This document shows, piece by piece, positions 24,775-37,766 of a DNA stretch of 64,000 bases. The position numbers were made by a program, and so were the translations under genes. Within the stretch, counting starts at the first letter, position 1. Every line of letters starts with the position of its first letter. Below the pieces are notes generated by a model. That model had not been told where the DNA came from. It made no database searches and saw nothing but the letters and a program-made list of their open reading frames with translations. Origin of the DNA: Octopus sinensis (taxonomy: Eukaryota); the NCBI RefSeq assembly GCF_006345805.1, contig NW_021833473.1:62001-126000 (forward strand), read 5' to 3'.

Positions 24775-25998
24775 CTAAAAAATAAAAGTCGTATTGTCAG
24801 ACGACAGAAAGAGGAAATACTTCCATATTAAATCGACTCAACGCTGGGCTATGTATTCCTTTCACTACTGTCACAACCTTTAAAACTACACACACACACA
24901 CCAACAACAATTTCTCCACTAAACTGTATTATATAAACTCCCACCACTAATGGTTCCGCAATTCATTATCTTTCACTCCAATCAAAGGTTTACGACTACA
25001 CTAAATACTTTGTCTTAATTACTTTCTCTCAAGCTGTATACATCATCATCATCATCATTTAACGTCCGCTTTCCATGCTAGCATGGGTTGGACGATTTTG
25101 ACTGAGGGCTGGCGAACCAGATGGCTGCACCAGGCTCCAATCTTGATTTGGCAGAGTTTCTACAGCTGGATGCCCTTCCTAACATCAACCACTCGTGGAG
25201 TGTAGTGGGTGCTTTTTACGTGCCATCTTATATATTAAACCTTCACACATTATATTTTATAGCAGAGAAGAATGATTATAGTCTTACAAGTTTGATTATT
25301 TGTTCAACCAATGAAGTAGTGTTTAGCTGAAAATAACCACTCAATAATTGGTACGCACATATTAAATCAAAGGCATCATATATTTGGAAGTGTCATAAGC
25401 AAAACAGATGAGTTTAGGAAATAATTCTTCACAACCAAAGAATTAGCAAACTGTTATAAAATCCTATACATACAAACACACACACACTAACTCCCTCATA
25501 ATATGAACACAGTATCACATCAATCCATCAGCATTTAAACCAGCCATATGCTGCCCAAATACTCTAGCCTTTCCTACTTTACAATGCCATTTTAAAAACA
25601 ATCGTATGGCGACCTGCTGTGCTTGAGGAGACCTATCGAGTCAAGTACATCAACATCAAAAAAGTCAAATGGAAATTGTAGTTGTGATACCTGTGCCGGT
25701 GGCACATAAAAAGCACCTACTACACCCACGGAGTGGTTGGCATTAGGAAGGGCATCCAGCTGTAGAAACTCTGCCAGATCAGACTGGAGCCTGGTGCAGC
25801 CTCCTGGCTCCCCAGACCCCAGTTGAACCATCCAACCCATGCTAACATGGAAAACGAACGTTAAACGACAATGATGATGTATCAAAGTCTTGCTGCTATG
25901 GGATAATGCACAATTCATTCAAAACTACCTGAGTAAATAAACATTACATTTGACCTGAATGATAAAGGGTTAATGTTTGTGTTTATAGAAAGACATAC

Positions 25999-26132
25999 CT
26001 ATCAGCAAAATACTGTGTTGCTACATCTCCAATTGGTAATTTAGACAAAACTACATTGGCCCCACTTTTATGGATAGCTTCCAATTTATCGTAGAGAATA
26101 GACCATTCTGCATCCACAATAGACTGATATTC
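25999..26132 (-). CDS. CCT7: CCT7 exon 8: [45 protein letters not shown]
   Basis: cag| and |gtatgt; 134 nt; matches CCT-eta. Confidence 0.97.
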
Positions 26133-26509
26133 CTGTAAGGGGAAAAAATTTTAAAATTCAATATTACATATCAAATTGATTTTAAATATTAACAGATTGT
26201 AATAAATGGTAAGTCTGGAATTAATTTAAAATAACAAGTGTATGTTTCTTAATTACTTATTTACATATTTTTATGCTTCATCTGTTGTAGATGAATTATT
26301 TTTAGTTTACAACTACTAATCAATCAGAATTATATATTTTTTCCTCAAAGACAATGAAAAGTAAAAGAAAAATATGTGTAAGATCAAGATTGAAGCCTGG
26401 TGCAGCCATCTGGTTTGCCAGCCCTCAGTCAAAATCGTCCAACCCATGCTAGCATGGAAAGCGGACGTTAAACAACAATGATGATGCATGCACACACAAA
26501 AACAGTTCT

Positions 26510-26686
26510 GTTAGATGGCTTAGCTGAAGATATGCCTGCGTCAGTTGTTGACTGCCATGACACTGCATCCTTTAAGGCCCTCATGCTTTCTGAAATCCGT
26601 CGAAACTACACCTGATTATATATGCACTTTAGATGAGTTGTAGTGCACCTGAGCACTGTACACAATGTTTATTATTATTATTATTA
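26510..26686 (+). mobile_element. Short 3' fragment of the same CR1/L2-like LINE
   Basis: Shares gtgcacctgagcactgtac and the (ATT)n tail with 44101-44330. Confidence 0.7.
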
Positions 26687-27657
26687 TATTGCTATGTCCT
26701 GTAACATTGAAAAGTTCTATATCACGGATAAATCTGCAGGTCTCTAAATCCTGAACTATAATTCAAATAGTGCTGTTTGGGAATAAAAACCTGAAACTAA
26801 ACGTTCTTTTGTATGATTAAGTTTAACTCCATTTTAGGAAAAACATTCTGTTTGTACCATGTGTGTATATTTTTTTGCCTTTTATCAAGAAAATTTCTCC
26901 AAATCTTTTTTCTTCTTTTGACTTTCAAGCACAACATCAGTTAATGCTGCAAGTGGTAAGTTAAAACTCACTGATACAATCTGTTAATGATTTAATTCGG
27001 AAACAATGCCCAAATATCAATATCTGGTGACCGTGTGTGAAAACACAGGTCGTCAAATCTTCACAACGAACACCAACAATCACTGTATCAGCAAATTTCA
27101 TTCAAATTCACACAACAATTATATTTTCATAAGACACCCGTGCCGGTGACAGCACCGCCTGACTGGCATCCGCGTTGGTGACCCGTAAAAGCACCAACCA
27201 ATTGTGGCTGTTTGCCAGCCTGTTCTGGCACATAAAAAACACCCACTACACTCTCGGAGTGGTTGGCGTTAGGAAGGGCATCCACCTGTAGAAACACTGC
27301 CAAATCAGACTAGAGCCTGGTGCAACCTCCATGGCTTCCCAGACCCCTGTCGAACTGTCCAACCCATGCTAGCATGGATAACGGACGTTAAATGATGATG
27401 ATGAGCTTGATACTGGACTGTCTGCATTTCTTTTGAATGTCTCGTTTCTAACAGGACAGTCATTTACATTGAGAAAGCATCTGAGAACATCATGACTACT
27501 AAACACATCTCGTATAGTCATGGAATTTATAATATAAGACTACCAGGTCATTGGTTAAAAGTAAACTTCACAGAATACAAAACAAAAAATACCAAAATTC
27601 AACGCAAAATCACAGCTAGAGCTGTGTGATAAGATTAACAATAAAATTAATAATTAC

Positions 27658-27822
27658 CTCTACATTATCAACTCTCACTTCAGCATTTTCTTTTTCAGCT
27701 TTCAATTCAAGTTCTACATTTAATAAAGCAAGCTTTGGACTTTCATAACTCTTCCGCTGCATCTCAAATCCAGCATAACTGAAGGTTTTTTTAAATGCTA
27801 CTCCAGCAAACAATTTAGAGTC
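27658..27822 (-). CDS. CCT7: CCT7 exon 7: [55 protein letters not shown]
   Basis: [10 protein letters not shown] is diagnostic of the eta subunit; 165 nt. Confidence 0.97.
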
Positions 27823-28352
27823 CTACAAATAAAAAAAAACAAAAAAAAACATAATTTACAATATCTTCAAAAACTATGTACAAATACAGGTTGTCTTGTA
27901 ATTAAATTTTTCACTTAAGCAGATTTATGTCAGCTGAGATGGATTAGCTAATTAAATACTGGCACGTAAAAGCACCCACTACACTCTCGGAGTGGTTGGC
28001 GTTAGGAAGGGCATCCAGCTGTAGAAACTGCCAGATCAAGATTGAAGCCTGGTGCAGCCATCAGTCATACGTCCAACCCATCCTAGCATGGAAAGCGGAC
28101 GTTAAACGATGATGATGATGATAAAAAGACTTTCCTAGTAGGTTTTTGTTCAGGAAAACAGAAGTCACCCATCATAATTTCAATAAACCTTATCCTACAA
28201 TTAATTTCTCAGTTTTTCAAATAAATCAGAAAGTGTTCTTGTACCATTAGACAGACAACATCTAGAATACTGCACCATTCTAATAATGAGCTTATTTAGT
28301 AAATTTGAAATTAAGCTTATTGAAAAGGTGATGGTAAATAGCAATATTTTAA

Positions 28353-28573
28353 CCCTTTTGTTACTGTATTTATTTTGAGATGCTCTGTGTTTCTTTCAAT
28401 TACTTTCAATATAACAAAGAATTTAGTAAAATAACTTAAGTTATTATTCAGCTAGTGTTAGGAACATAAATTGTGACTGAGGTTTGGTGGAAGATTTTAA
28501 TTCAAAACTTATGAAAATAAGACATTTGAACTCAGAGCCAGAGCCGGTTTTGGTCGGGTTGGTAACGAGAGGG
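28353..28573. mobile_element. Second piggyBac-like MITE family
   Basis: TTAA|CCCTTTTGTTAC...GTAACGAGAGGG|TTAA. Confidence 0.7.
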
Positions 28574-28823
28574 TTAACCTCTTAACATTAGAGAACAAGA
28601 GAAAGGGTTCAATTAGAAATTGAAACCCTGGCATAGATTTTAATTTGCCAAGAATGTAAGGGCATCAAGAGACCAATCAATAATTGAAATTAGGCTTTAC
28701 TGATTGATAACATACTGGCATACGATAATAGCATCTTAAAGGTTAAGTGTAAATGTTTATTTAACAAAGGAACAAATAGATCAAATTTCCAACGTAGCCG
28801 AATTACAAAAGATGAATATTTAC

Positions 28824-28995
28824 CTCAAGTGCACCTCCAGGCACTTTCTTCTTGCCAATCATATTTAAAGGTAGTAATTCATCAAGCAACATAACAGCAT
28901 CGACAACCATCTTAGCAAAGAATTCCTTCTGGTGAGCAACAAGTTTGGAACTAAGAGAAGTGGCAGCACATTTTTCCAGTAAATTGCGTAATTCC
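28824..28995 (-). CDS. CCT7: CCT7 exon 6: [57 protein letters not shown]
   Basis: ORF track 28803..29003; AG/GT boundaries; 172 nt. Confidence 0.97.
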
Positions 28996-29127
28996 CTAGG
29001 CAAAAATATATATAAATAGATGAAGCATCAAGCAAGAAATAGTCATTCATTACTTTGTGAAACAAAGTGTATACAAGTGTAAGTTCCAATAATGAGTCCT
29101 ATACTACTCTGACCAATTGTATAATTT

Positions 29128-30951
29128 CACTTGCATTTTATCAACAGTGCAAAAGTGAGCAGCTGGATTTAGGAGGCAATGGAAGAGTCCTGAAGATGAC
29201 CCAAGGTCTTGACATCCTGCAACTGCCAGCACTGAAGAAAACATTGATCATGTTCACTACATGGAGACGGAAGAAAGGCAATTGACTTTAAATCAAAAAT
29301 CCAGTGCTATTAGTTTATCTTTTGAAGAGAGCTGATAATATTCTGCTTGGTGGGTGCTACACCTGACATCTGATCAAAAGTGCACCAGGCTGACCAGAGC
29401 AAATATTCTGCTTGGTGGGTGCTACACCTGACATCTGATCAAAAGTGCACCAGGCTGACTAGAGCAAATATTCTGCTCGGTGGGTGCTACACCTGACATT
29501 TGATCTAAAGTGCACCAGGCTGACCAGAGCAAATATTCTGCTTGGTGGGTGCTATACCTGACATCTGATCTAAAGTGCACCAGGCTGACCAGAGCAAATA
29601 TTCTTCTTGGTGGGTGCTACACCTGACATCTGATCAAAAGTGCACCAGGCTGACCAGAGCAAATATTCTGCTTGGTGGGTGCTACACCTGACATCTGATC
29701 AAAAGTGCACCAGGCTGACCAGAGCAAATATTCTGCTTGGTGGGTGCTACACCTGACATCTGATCAAAAGTGCACCAGGCTGACCAGAGCAAATATTCTG
29801 CTCGGTGGGTGCTACACCTGACATCTGATCTAAAGTGCACCAGGCTGACCAGAGCAAATATTCTGCTTGATGGGTGCTACACCTGACATCTGATCAAAAG
29901 TGCACCAGGCTGACCAGAGCAAATATTCTGCTTGGTGGGTGCTACACCTGACATCTGATCTAAAGTGCACCGGGCTGACCAGAGCAAATATTCTGCTCGG
30001 TGGGTGCTACACCTGACATCTGATCTAAAGTGCACCAGGCTGACCAGAGCAAATATTCTGCTTGGTGGGTGCTACACCTGACATCTGATCAAAAGTGCAC
30101 CAGGCTGACCAGAGCAAATATTCTGTTTGGTGGGTGCTACACCTGACATCTGATCAAAAGTGCACCAGGTTGACCACAGCAAATATTCTGTTTGGTGGGT
30201 GCTACACCTGACATCTGATCAAAAGTGCACCAGGCTGACCACAGCACAGGAAAACCTGACATTGTCTATGGCACATCCAGTTGGCTTCTTTGAAAGTTTC
30301 CTAGGTCAGGATGAGTGTTAGGTTCATCACTTTGAGCCAGGGACAAAGATACATTCCATCCAGTGGAAACACCTCTCCTCACTTGCTCCAAATAAGGTCA
30401 TGCTTGTTTCATCAGCAGGGAAGGTGATGGCCTGTTCCTTGGGATACAAAAGGCATTGTGTTTATTGATGTCTTCAAAAGAGTCATACATCAAAGGAAAG
30501 TACGATGCCAACATGTTGAGGCAGTTAAGAAAGGCTATCAAGACCAAAAAAAAACCAAACAAATGGGATTTTGTTTCATCAGGACAATGTTCCAGCACAA
30601 AAAAAACCTTGCTTTCAAGGGCTGGTGTGCATGACTGTGACTTTGAACCAGTAGATCCCTGCCCCAGCTATTCTCTTGATTTGACTCCTTCTGATTATCA
30701 TGTACCCCAGCATGAAAAAAACACTTGGCTGGGAACTAATATCGCAGATGATGTCATATCTGCTGTTGTTGGCCCTTTATTTTTGACTAACAGGATGAAA
30801 GCTTCTTCACCAATGTGATCCAAGCACTGCAACACCAATGGAAAAATAGTTCTTGTAAGTAGGAACTATTTTGAAAAATAAAAAAAACCTCATCTGGTCA
30901 CATTCCATAAGAATATTTTGAACAGCCTATGAACTTTTCGGCTGACCGTCA
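29128..30951 (+). mobile_element. Degenerate mariner transposon, 5'-truncated, in CCT7 intron 5
   Basis: Broken reading frames resemble mariner transposase (STVQKWAAEFRR, EDDPRSGRP, DE..HHFEP, LRQLRKAIK, QDN, YSLDLTPSDY); 3' TIR-like cctatgaacttttcggctgacc at about 30926-30948. Confidence 0.85.
29341..30245 (+). repeat. 65-bp minisatellite, 14 copies
   Basis: Unit TTCTGCTTGGTGGGTGCTACACCTGACATCTGATCAAAAGTGCACCAGGCTGACCAGAGCAAATA starts at 29341, 29406 ... 30186. Confidence 0.97.
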
Positions 30952-31768
30952 TTTAAAGGTCAAGTGACACATCACAAATTTTGGGCTGTAATTGAGTAAA
31001 AATGTACATCCAATGAATTATAACAAATACATCAAGCTCAAAACCCCATTAACACTACATATTTCAACTCTCATTTTTTTACAATGACAAAATCTCTTTA
31101 TATATATATATAAATGTTATAAGAAAATGGAGATAAGGAAGTTAACAATTATTTATGATTAACAAATTCTTACAGCCGTTTCAATTAATACTCAATAATT
31201 TAATTACAAATTTGTACATTCATTTTGCATTTATGTGACATAAGCGTAGTTTCATCAGAGGGGAAAAAAATGCAAATTTGATGTACAAATCTGTAATTAG
31301 ATTATTAAGTATTAGTTGAAATGGCTGTAAGAGGTGATGACCAATTTGTTAATAAATAATTATTAACTTCCTTATCTCCATTTTCTTTTCTTCTTTTAAC
31401 TGGATATAAACTATATGCTTAATATATACCTATTGTTTTAAGGGTATTTCATTCCCCAACAATACTAGGTATTGAACCAGTATTTCTTTGGATGTAACCA
31501 CCCTTTCATGTGGTTAACATAACCTCTAATTAAATTTATATATATATATATATAAGTATGTGAATGAATTATCCTAGTATTGATAATTCGGTTAATCGAT
31601 ACCTGGGTAGCAAATTCACGTCAGAAGACACGGTTGAAGCTACATGTTCTTGTGTGGTAATTTATTTATATATATATATATATATTAAAATATGTATCAA
31701 TAACAAACACTAACAAATTCAAAAAAATTTTATGAAAAAAATGTAGGCATATTACAATTGAAACTTAC

Positions 31769-31821
31769 TTTTGGTCATCTTTCTTTACTTTCACTGCAAT
31801 CTCTTTACATTTAGCAACAGC
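31769..31821 (-). CDS. CCT7: CCT7 exon 5: AVAKCKEIAVKVKKDDQK
   Basis: ttttag| and |gtaagt; 53 nt; bridges exons 4 and 6 in frame. Confidence 0.93.
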
Positions 31822-33093
31822 CTAAAATAAAAAGTTAATGAAAGTTATTTTAATATTCTCAAACAATACTATATTTATGAGTATTTAAATCATGTTTTTA
31901 AGCACCAAATTAATTCTATTTGCCCTCTCTTAGCTGCTCAATGACCAAGTATTTATACAATTTTTATAAGGTAAAGTGTGTCTTGTTCTGTGTATATGTT
32001 GCCCCCAACAGAAATGAAAAAAGAAGAAAAAAAAAAAAAAGTTGCAGAATGTCATCTGCAGTTGCCAGTAAATGTCCATAATATGGTGTAGATTAGTTAA
32101 TCTGGAACAGGGACTCCCAAAGTGTTCTGCAAAACCCCAGGGATCCCTGAAAGTTATCAAGGGTTCCATGCCTTTTACTTTTAGGCTTACCCAAGTCATA
32201 CAGTGGTGTTTGCTGTTGCTCGCCGATACAGCTGCCTGTGAAACACGTTTGTCACCATGTAAAAAGACGAATATATGACGCATGTGTTTATTGTATTTGG
32301 AGGTGAGGAAAATATAACGGTTGTATGGGAACCACTGACCTAGCAATTGATTGAATGTTTTCAGGTTTACCTAAGTCATGCCTTTGTATGAATTCAGACA
32401 GTGGTGTTTGTCAATAGTGCCGTCAGTGGAACACGTTTCTCACTAAGTATGATGCATGTTTATTGTGTTTGAAGATGTATATGCATGCTTGCAGCATATC
32501 CTGTGCATTCATTTTAGTAATGGTGATGTAGCATTCATCAACGGATGTGTAGTGCTTGCTATTAAATGGTGCTTTACTATCAGCACCAAGCATTCCACCT
32601 AAAGAGCAGACTACAGTAAGGTAGCCACACAATTTTGTAACTGTTATTTCTACATACAGGATAATACACTACCTTGACCCACAAATGTTATACTAGGGTC
32701 GGCTTTTATATGGGACCAATGGAAAATTCCCAATTTTTTGTCCAAAAATAGTGGTGGTGGGTGACTTTTACAAGATCAACTATTACTAGAGTATATATGG
32801 TAATTGCAAAGGAAACTTTAATGGCATGCAATCATGCCATATCTAAGTCCATTATTTATTATCAGTTTCAGTAAATTTCTTTCATATATTGGATCAATTT
32901 TCTGCAGTTTTAGAGAGAAACTACATATAAAATACCATAAACTGTCTCATGTAAAAGTAACACCCCCACCCAACTATTTTAGGCGTTTACCAAAATTAAA
33001 TCAGCCTAGTTTAAAACTTTTAATTCTTTTCAAATGATAAACAAAACCTATCTAAGTGCAAGCCAAGTAAGATTATGGAAGAACTATACTCAC

Positions 33094-33219
33094 CATATTA
33101 GCAGCTTTCTTAAAAGCGCCAATGATTATACGTGGATGAACTCCGTCTTCAATGAATGGTTTTGCTTGTTTAAGGAATTCTGCAGTCAAAAGAACAACAC
33201 TGGTAGTGCCATCACCAAC
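33094..33219 (-). CDS. CCT7: CCT7 exon 4: [42 protein letters not shown]
   Basis: GDGTT ATP-binding motif; cag| and |gtgagt; 126 nt. Confidence 0.97.
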
Positions 33220-33962
33220 CTGAAGATAAAAAGATAATTACCATGATTAATTCAAATAAGGGCTAACTAACTAATGCTAAAAAGAAGTATCTTTGCTTAA
33301 CGTCTTCTGTTTTTTTCAGCAAAAGCACATCTAACTATATTATTGTTATTAGCAGATTGGCCCCCGTGCCATGGCACGTAAAAGGGTACCATTCAAGCGT
33401 GATTGTAACCAACGCCGCCCGACAGGCCCTCGTGCCAGTGGCACGTAAAAAGCACCCACTACACTCTCGAAGTGGTTGGCTTTAGGAAGGGCATCCAGCT
33501 GTAGAAACTCTGCCAGATCAAGATTGGAGCCTGGTGCAGCCATCTGGTTTGCCAGCCCTCAGTCAAAATCGTCCAACTCATGCTAGCATGGAAAGCGGAC
33601 ATTAAACAATGATGGTGATGATAAATATCACAAGGTTTCGTTTATCACTTTAATTAAAATTTTAAAAAAAAATTCCGTTTAATTAAAAGTTTAAAGCACA
33701 AAAGATAATATCACCATTTTAAAATCTTGTATATTTAATATTTATATAAGACAAAGTTGAAATACAGTAATATGTAATAGAGTTAAATCATGATCTAGTT
33801 TCACTGAGGTGCTACACAATTAACTTTCAGCAATTTATTTTATTAGAGTTTAAAATTCATGGATTTGATATTTAAGTATATAAAGGAACAGACAGTGAGA
33901 AACGGTAACTACACATGAAGAAACTAAGCTAAAAATTTAATTAAAATATATACTGAACAAAC

Positions 33963-34069
33963 CTCTGCATCTTGAGATTTAGCAATATCAACCAACATTT
34001 TAGCAGCAGGGTGGACAATGTCCAATAACTTTACAATAGTAGCACCGTCATTAGATATTGTGGCTTTTC
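33963..34069 (-). CDS. CCT7: CCT7 exon 3: [36 protein letters not shown]
   Basis: AG/GT boundaries; SNDGAT motif; 107 nt, phase consistent. Confidence 0.97.
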
Positions 34070-34615
34070 CTAAAAATAAAATCAAGAAACCATTATAAAC
34101 ATTGAAAATAGCATTCATAGCCTCCCAGACAATTTATTGTAGTTTGGTTCAAGAGTCATTTAAAAGACAACTCACCTCCCTTTTTTTTAATTTGTAGTAC
34201 CAACTACCATATTTCCCAGGTCATAAAATTGTTTCATTTCTGGGGGAGAAAAAAAACCCCCAAAAAACTCAAAGCCATCTTTGCTTGTTATTACCATATG
34301 CTCAGGTTGTAGAATGCAGTTGATGACTGACCAGTCCTCATCAGAACCCTTGTCCCAGAATGTAAGCCTACACTTACAATTCACATGTAATAAATACATC
34401 CCTGTATTATGGCTAACACAGTAATTTTGTAAATGTACTGATAGTAAAAAAAAAATTTACAAAGTCATTTGTTTTTCTCACTCAGCAATAATGGTTTATA
34501 CCAACTGTTAAGCCAATAATTATCTACAACAGTGATTCTCAATAAATGTTTTGCTTATGGACTTTTTGATTCTTACTTTACCTTTGGTGGACCCTCATAA
34601 CCATTTGATGCTTAA

Positions 34616-34824
34616 CCCTTTAGCATTCAAACCGACCCAAATATTCTACTTGTTTTATGCCCAAATTGGCCAGATCCAACCTTTCATACCTATCCCACAA
34701 TGTAATTCTGAAAAATAAGCAATCACATTATTGAAATCTTGAAGCTATGAGATAATGCATGGTTGATTCAAAACAATGTGAATAAATAAGCATTACATTT
34801 GACAGTAACTTGAATGCTAAAGGG
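34616..34824. mobile_element. piggyBac-like MITE
   Basis: TTAA|CCCTTTAGCATT...AATGCTAAAGGG|TTAA. Degenerate copies at about 18817-18990, 20785-21000, 22567-22740, 36950-37160 and 37206-37440. Confidence 0.8.
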
Positions 34825-36294
34825 TTAAAAAAATCCAATTATATTTTTTGTACTTAAATATTAATAGGAATTATATTAAAAAATTTGTCAAAATATTTTA
34901 TGTATTGTGAAAGTATAACAAATTTATTGCACATAAATATTAACAATTTATATGGGGCCTGGTTGAGAACCACTGAAAAGGTTTGATAACAGAAAAGCCA
35001 GATACACATAATTAGTTATAAGCTACATATTGCAGAATATGTAAATAAAGGATGGCAACCATTCGAGCAACAGTGGACCACTATCAACTGAAAAAGGATT
35101 TGTGAATAAAGAAAACAAGAGAAAGCATTGAGAAGCGAAAGTCTGGTCATAAGCAGAGCAATCAAATATTAAGCAAGCATTATCCTTGCAGTTACAACAA
35201 ACTGGATGTTTTAGTTAACAAGCCTCTCAAGGATAACTGAAGTAATCAACTATTACATAAATATTAGTAAGTGAAATTATGGCAGCTAAGAGTAGAAATG
35301 ATAGCCAACCTTCCTATGAAAATAGTGTTGTCTTTGAAATAGCTAGTAGCAGCTACTTATGTGTTAATAGACAATACATTTAAAAGGCAGTAAACTGGAT
35401 ACAGAGACTTCAGGTATATGTAACACCCAGAAGGAAACTAGTTTTTATTTTACCAGTCACTAGGTAAGATCCCTTAATAAATGACCTGATTAAGTATTTT
35501 TTAGCTGATGCCAGTGGCACGTAAAGAGCACTATCCGAACGTGATCGATGCCGGGCCTGCTTGACTGGCTCCTGTGCCGGTGGCACATAAAAATCACCCA
35601 CTATACTCTTAGAGTGGTTGGCGTTAGGAAGGACATCCAGCTGTAGAAACATCGCCAGATCAGATTGGAGCCTGGTGCAGCCACTGGCTCTACAGACCTC
35701 AGTCAAACCGTCTAACATATGCCAGCATGGAAAATGACATTAAACAATGATGATATGGCTAGAACATATCCCATTCTGCCAGATATTTTAAGCTTCTCTG
35801 TGGTGATTCCTGATAGGGAGGCTTTCTCTGTCTTCATATCTACAATTGCTTTATCTATCAAGTTACTATTTGGATAGATGGTCTCACATTAGGAAAATTC
35901 TCCTGTGTTCTCTACATTTAGCAGCCTTTTATAGTGGCACTTCCAAGCCCCTTTCTTTGCAGAATCACTAACTGCAAGTGAACCATCAATGCACAATTAA
36001 TTTGTTCTATATGAGATTAAACTGTTCAAACTTGCTGCCCAATATACTCTGCTAATAGGCAATGTGTTACCACTTGAATTTTATGATATGGGAAATATGA
36101 TAATTCATGCTACCACACAAAAATTATTCCACAATACATAATCTTAATTTACAAGATGTCACATTAAGACCATTCCAAAAGTAAAGCATTCCTACTGAGG
36201 GTCAAATCATGGTCACGCTGATGGTTTCAAAGACTTGCCATTGCCCTGGTGCACACTCCTTCATCAGGTATAAAACATTAAAGCTTGAGATTAA

Positions 36295-36677
36295 TCTATA
36301 TATATATAAAGCTGAAGTTGTCTGTGTATGGCAGCCTTCAACTAACACTATCTCCTCGGAGACCCTGCGGTGCAAATTGACCAAAATCGAGAGTATGATA
36401 GAAGGCTTGCTCTTCCTTCTGTAGAAGAAAAAATTCAAATTGGACCATGTTAAGACCAAAAATTATTTACAACAAAAAAGTGCTTTTTTTTCTATGAAAA
36501 TCCCTATTTTTAACGATTTTTTTTACTGCTGTGTTGCCATTTTTCGGTGTATTTCAACCAGAAAAATGTTCACTTAAAGAGAATAACAAGCTACATAATG
36601 CAAAATTTTTTACTTTTCAAAAATTCCAATTCTAAAGGGTCGAAACAAACCTGAGCAACGCCGGGCGATACTGCTAG
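36295..36677 (+). mobile_element. Non-autonomous Helitron-like element
   Basis: A|TCTATATATA...GCAACGCCGGGCGATACTGCTAG|T: 5' TC, 3' CTAG, A/T insertion site, no TSD. Confidence 0.75.
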
Positions 36678-37612
36678 TATCAGATAATTAAATTATGGGG
36701 TGAAGGCACTAAGCTGTGATAAGTATAAAGAATAGAACCCTACCCCAATCCCCTTTTAATTTGTAGAGCTAACTACCATATTTCTCAGCTCGAATATACT
36801 AAATGTCTGAACATGCTTTTGACACATTCAAAGTGGTAATAACATTAATATCAGGGTCTTTGCTATGTTTTACAACACCGCTTTTGTAATAAAATAGTCT
36901 GGATAATAAAGAAATAAGGTGCCTTATTTAAAAAGCAGAAAACTTGTTTAACCATTTAGCATTTAAAAAGAAGCATATCCAACCAAAATTTTCAACCCAT
37001 TTTATGTTCAAACCAACCAGATCCTGTCTCTCACACCTTCCCTACAATGTCATCCTAAAAATAAACAATCACATCATCAAAATCTCAAAGCTATGAGATA
37101 ATCCATGATTAATTCAAAGCAATGTGAATAAAAGGAATTATTTTTGACTGAGCAACATAAAAGTTAAGGGATTAACTGAAAATGACAAAATAAATAAAAG
37201 TTCCCATTGCTTTAGCCCTTTAGGGTTCGTATTATTCTGCCAAAATTAATGCCTTTTCATCTACATTGTTTTGAACTAATCATGCATTACCTTTGTAGCT
37301 ATGAGATTTTGATGAGGTAGCTGTTAATTTTTAAAACAATATTGTAGGGTTGGTGTGAGAGACCAGATCAGGCCAGTTTGAACATAAAACAGATAGAATA
37401 TTTTTGGCCAGATATGGCCGGTTTAAATGCTAATGGGTTAGGGAACCATATTTAGGGCTACTTCATGTTGAAAGAAGACATGTACCAGAGATGCTGTGTA
37501 GTGGGATCAAGCCATAACCACATGGTTACAAAATGATCTTCCAAATCACACAGCTACTTCAACTCGCAAATCAAGTATTTTTTTTTTTTTAATAAAAAAT
37601 GAGAAACCTTAC

Positions 37613-37766
37613 CTTGAGAATCCACAATTAGTTTATCCATTCCCCGAGGACCAAGAGTGGTACGCACAGCATCTGCCACAACTTGACAGGCCATAATGTT
37701 ACTAAGGATTTGGGGCTTTCCTTGGGAGGAATCTGTGCCCTCTTTTAATAAAATGATTGGAGTTTG
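37613..37766 (-). CDS. CCT7: CCT7 exon 2: [51 protein letters not shown]
   Basis: tttcag| acceptor and |gtaagg donor; N-terminal CCT-eta sequence with TLGPRGMDK motif; 154 nt. Confidence 0.97.

Noticed and set aside
26693-26850. ACA-terminated stretch in intron 7
   Set aside because: No H box and poor hairpins.
28650-28730. 12-bp hairpin with ACA 14 nt downstream in intron 6 (minus strand)
   Set aside because: Lower stem weak, no convincing 5' hairpin or H box, and no target found.
29341-30245. Possible CRISPR-like array
   Set aside because: Units are contiguous and near-identical with no unique spacers; eukaryotic context; derived from mariner sequence.
32110-32480. Two diverged repeats in intron 4 as snoRNA duplicates
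   Set aside because: Flanked by CAGTGGTTCCC-type hAT MITE ends; no boxes found.
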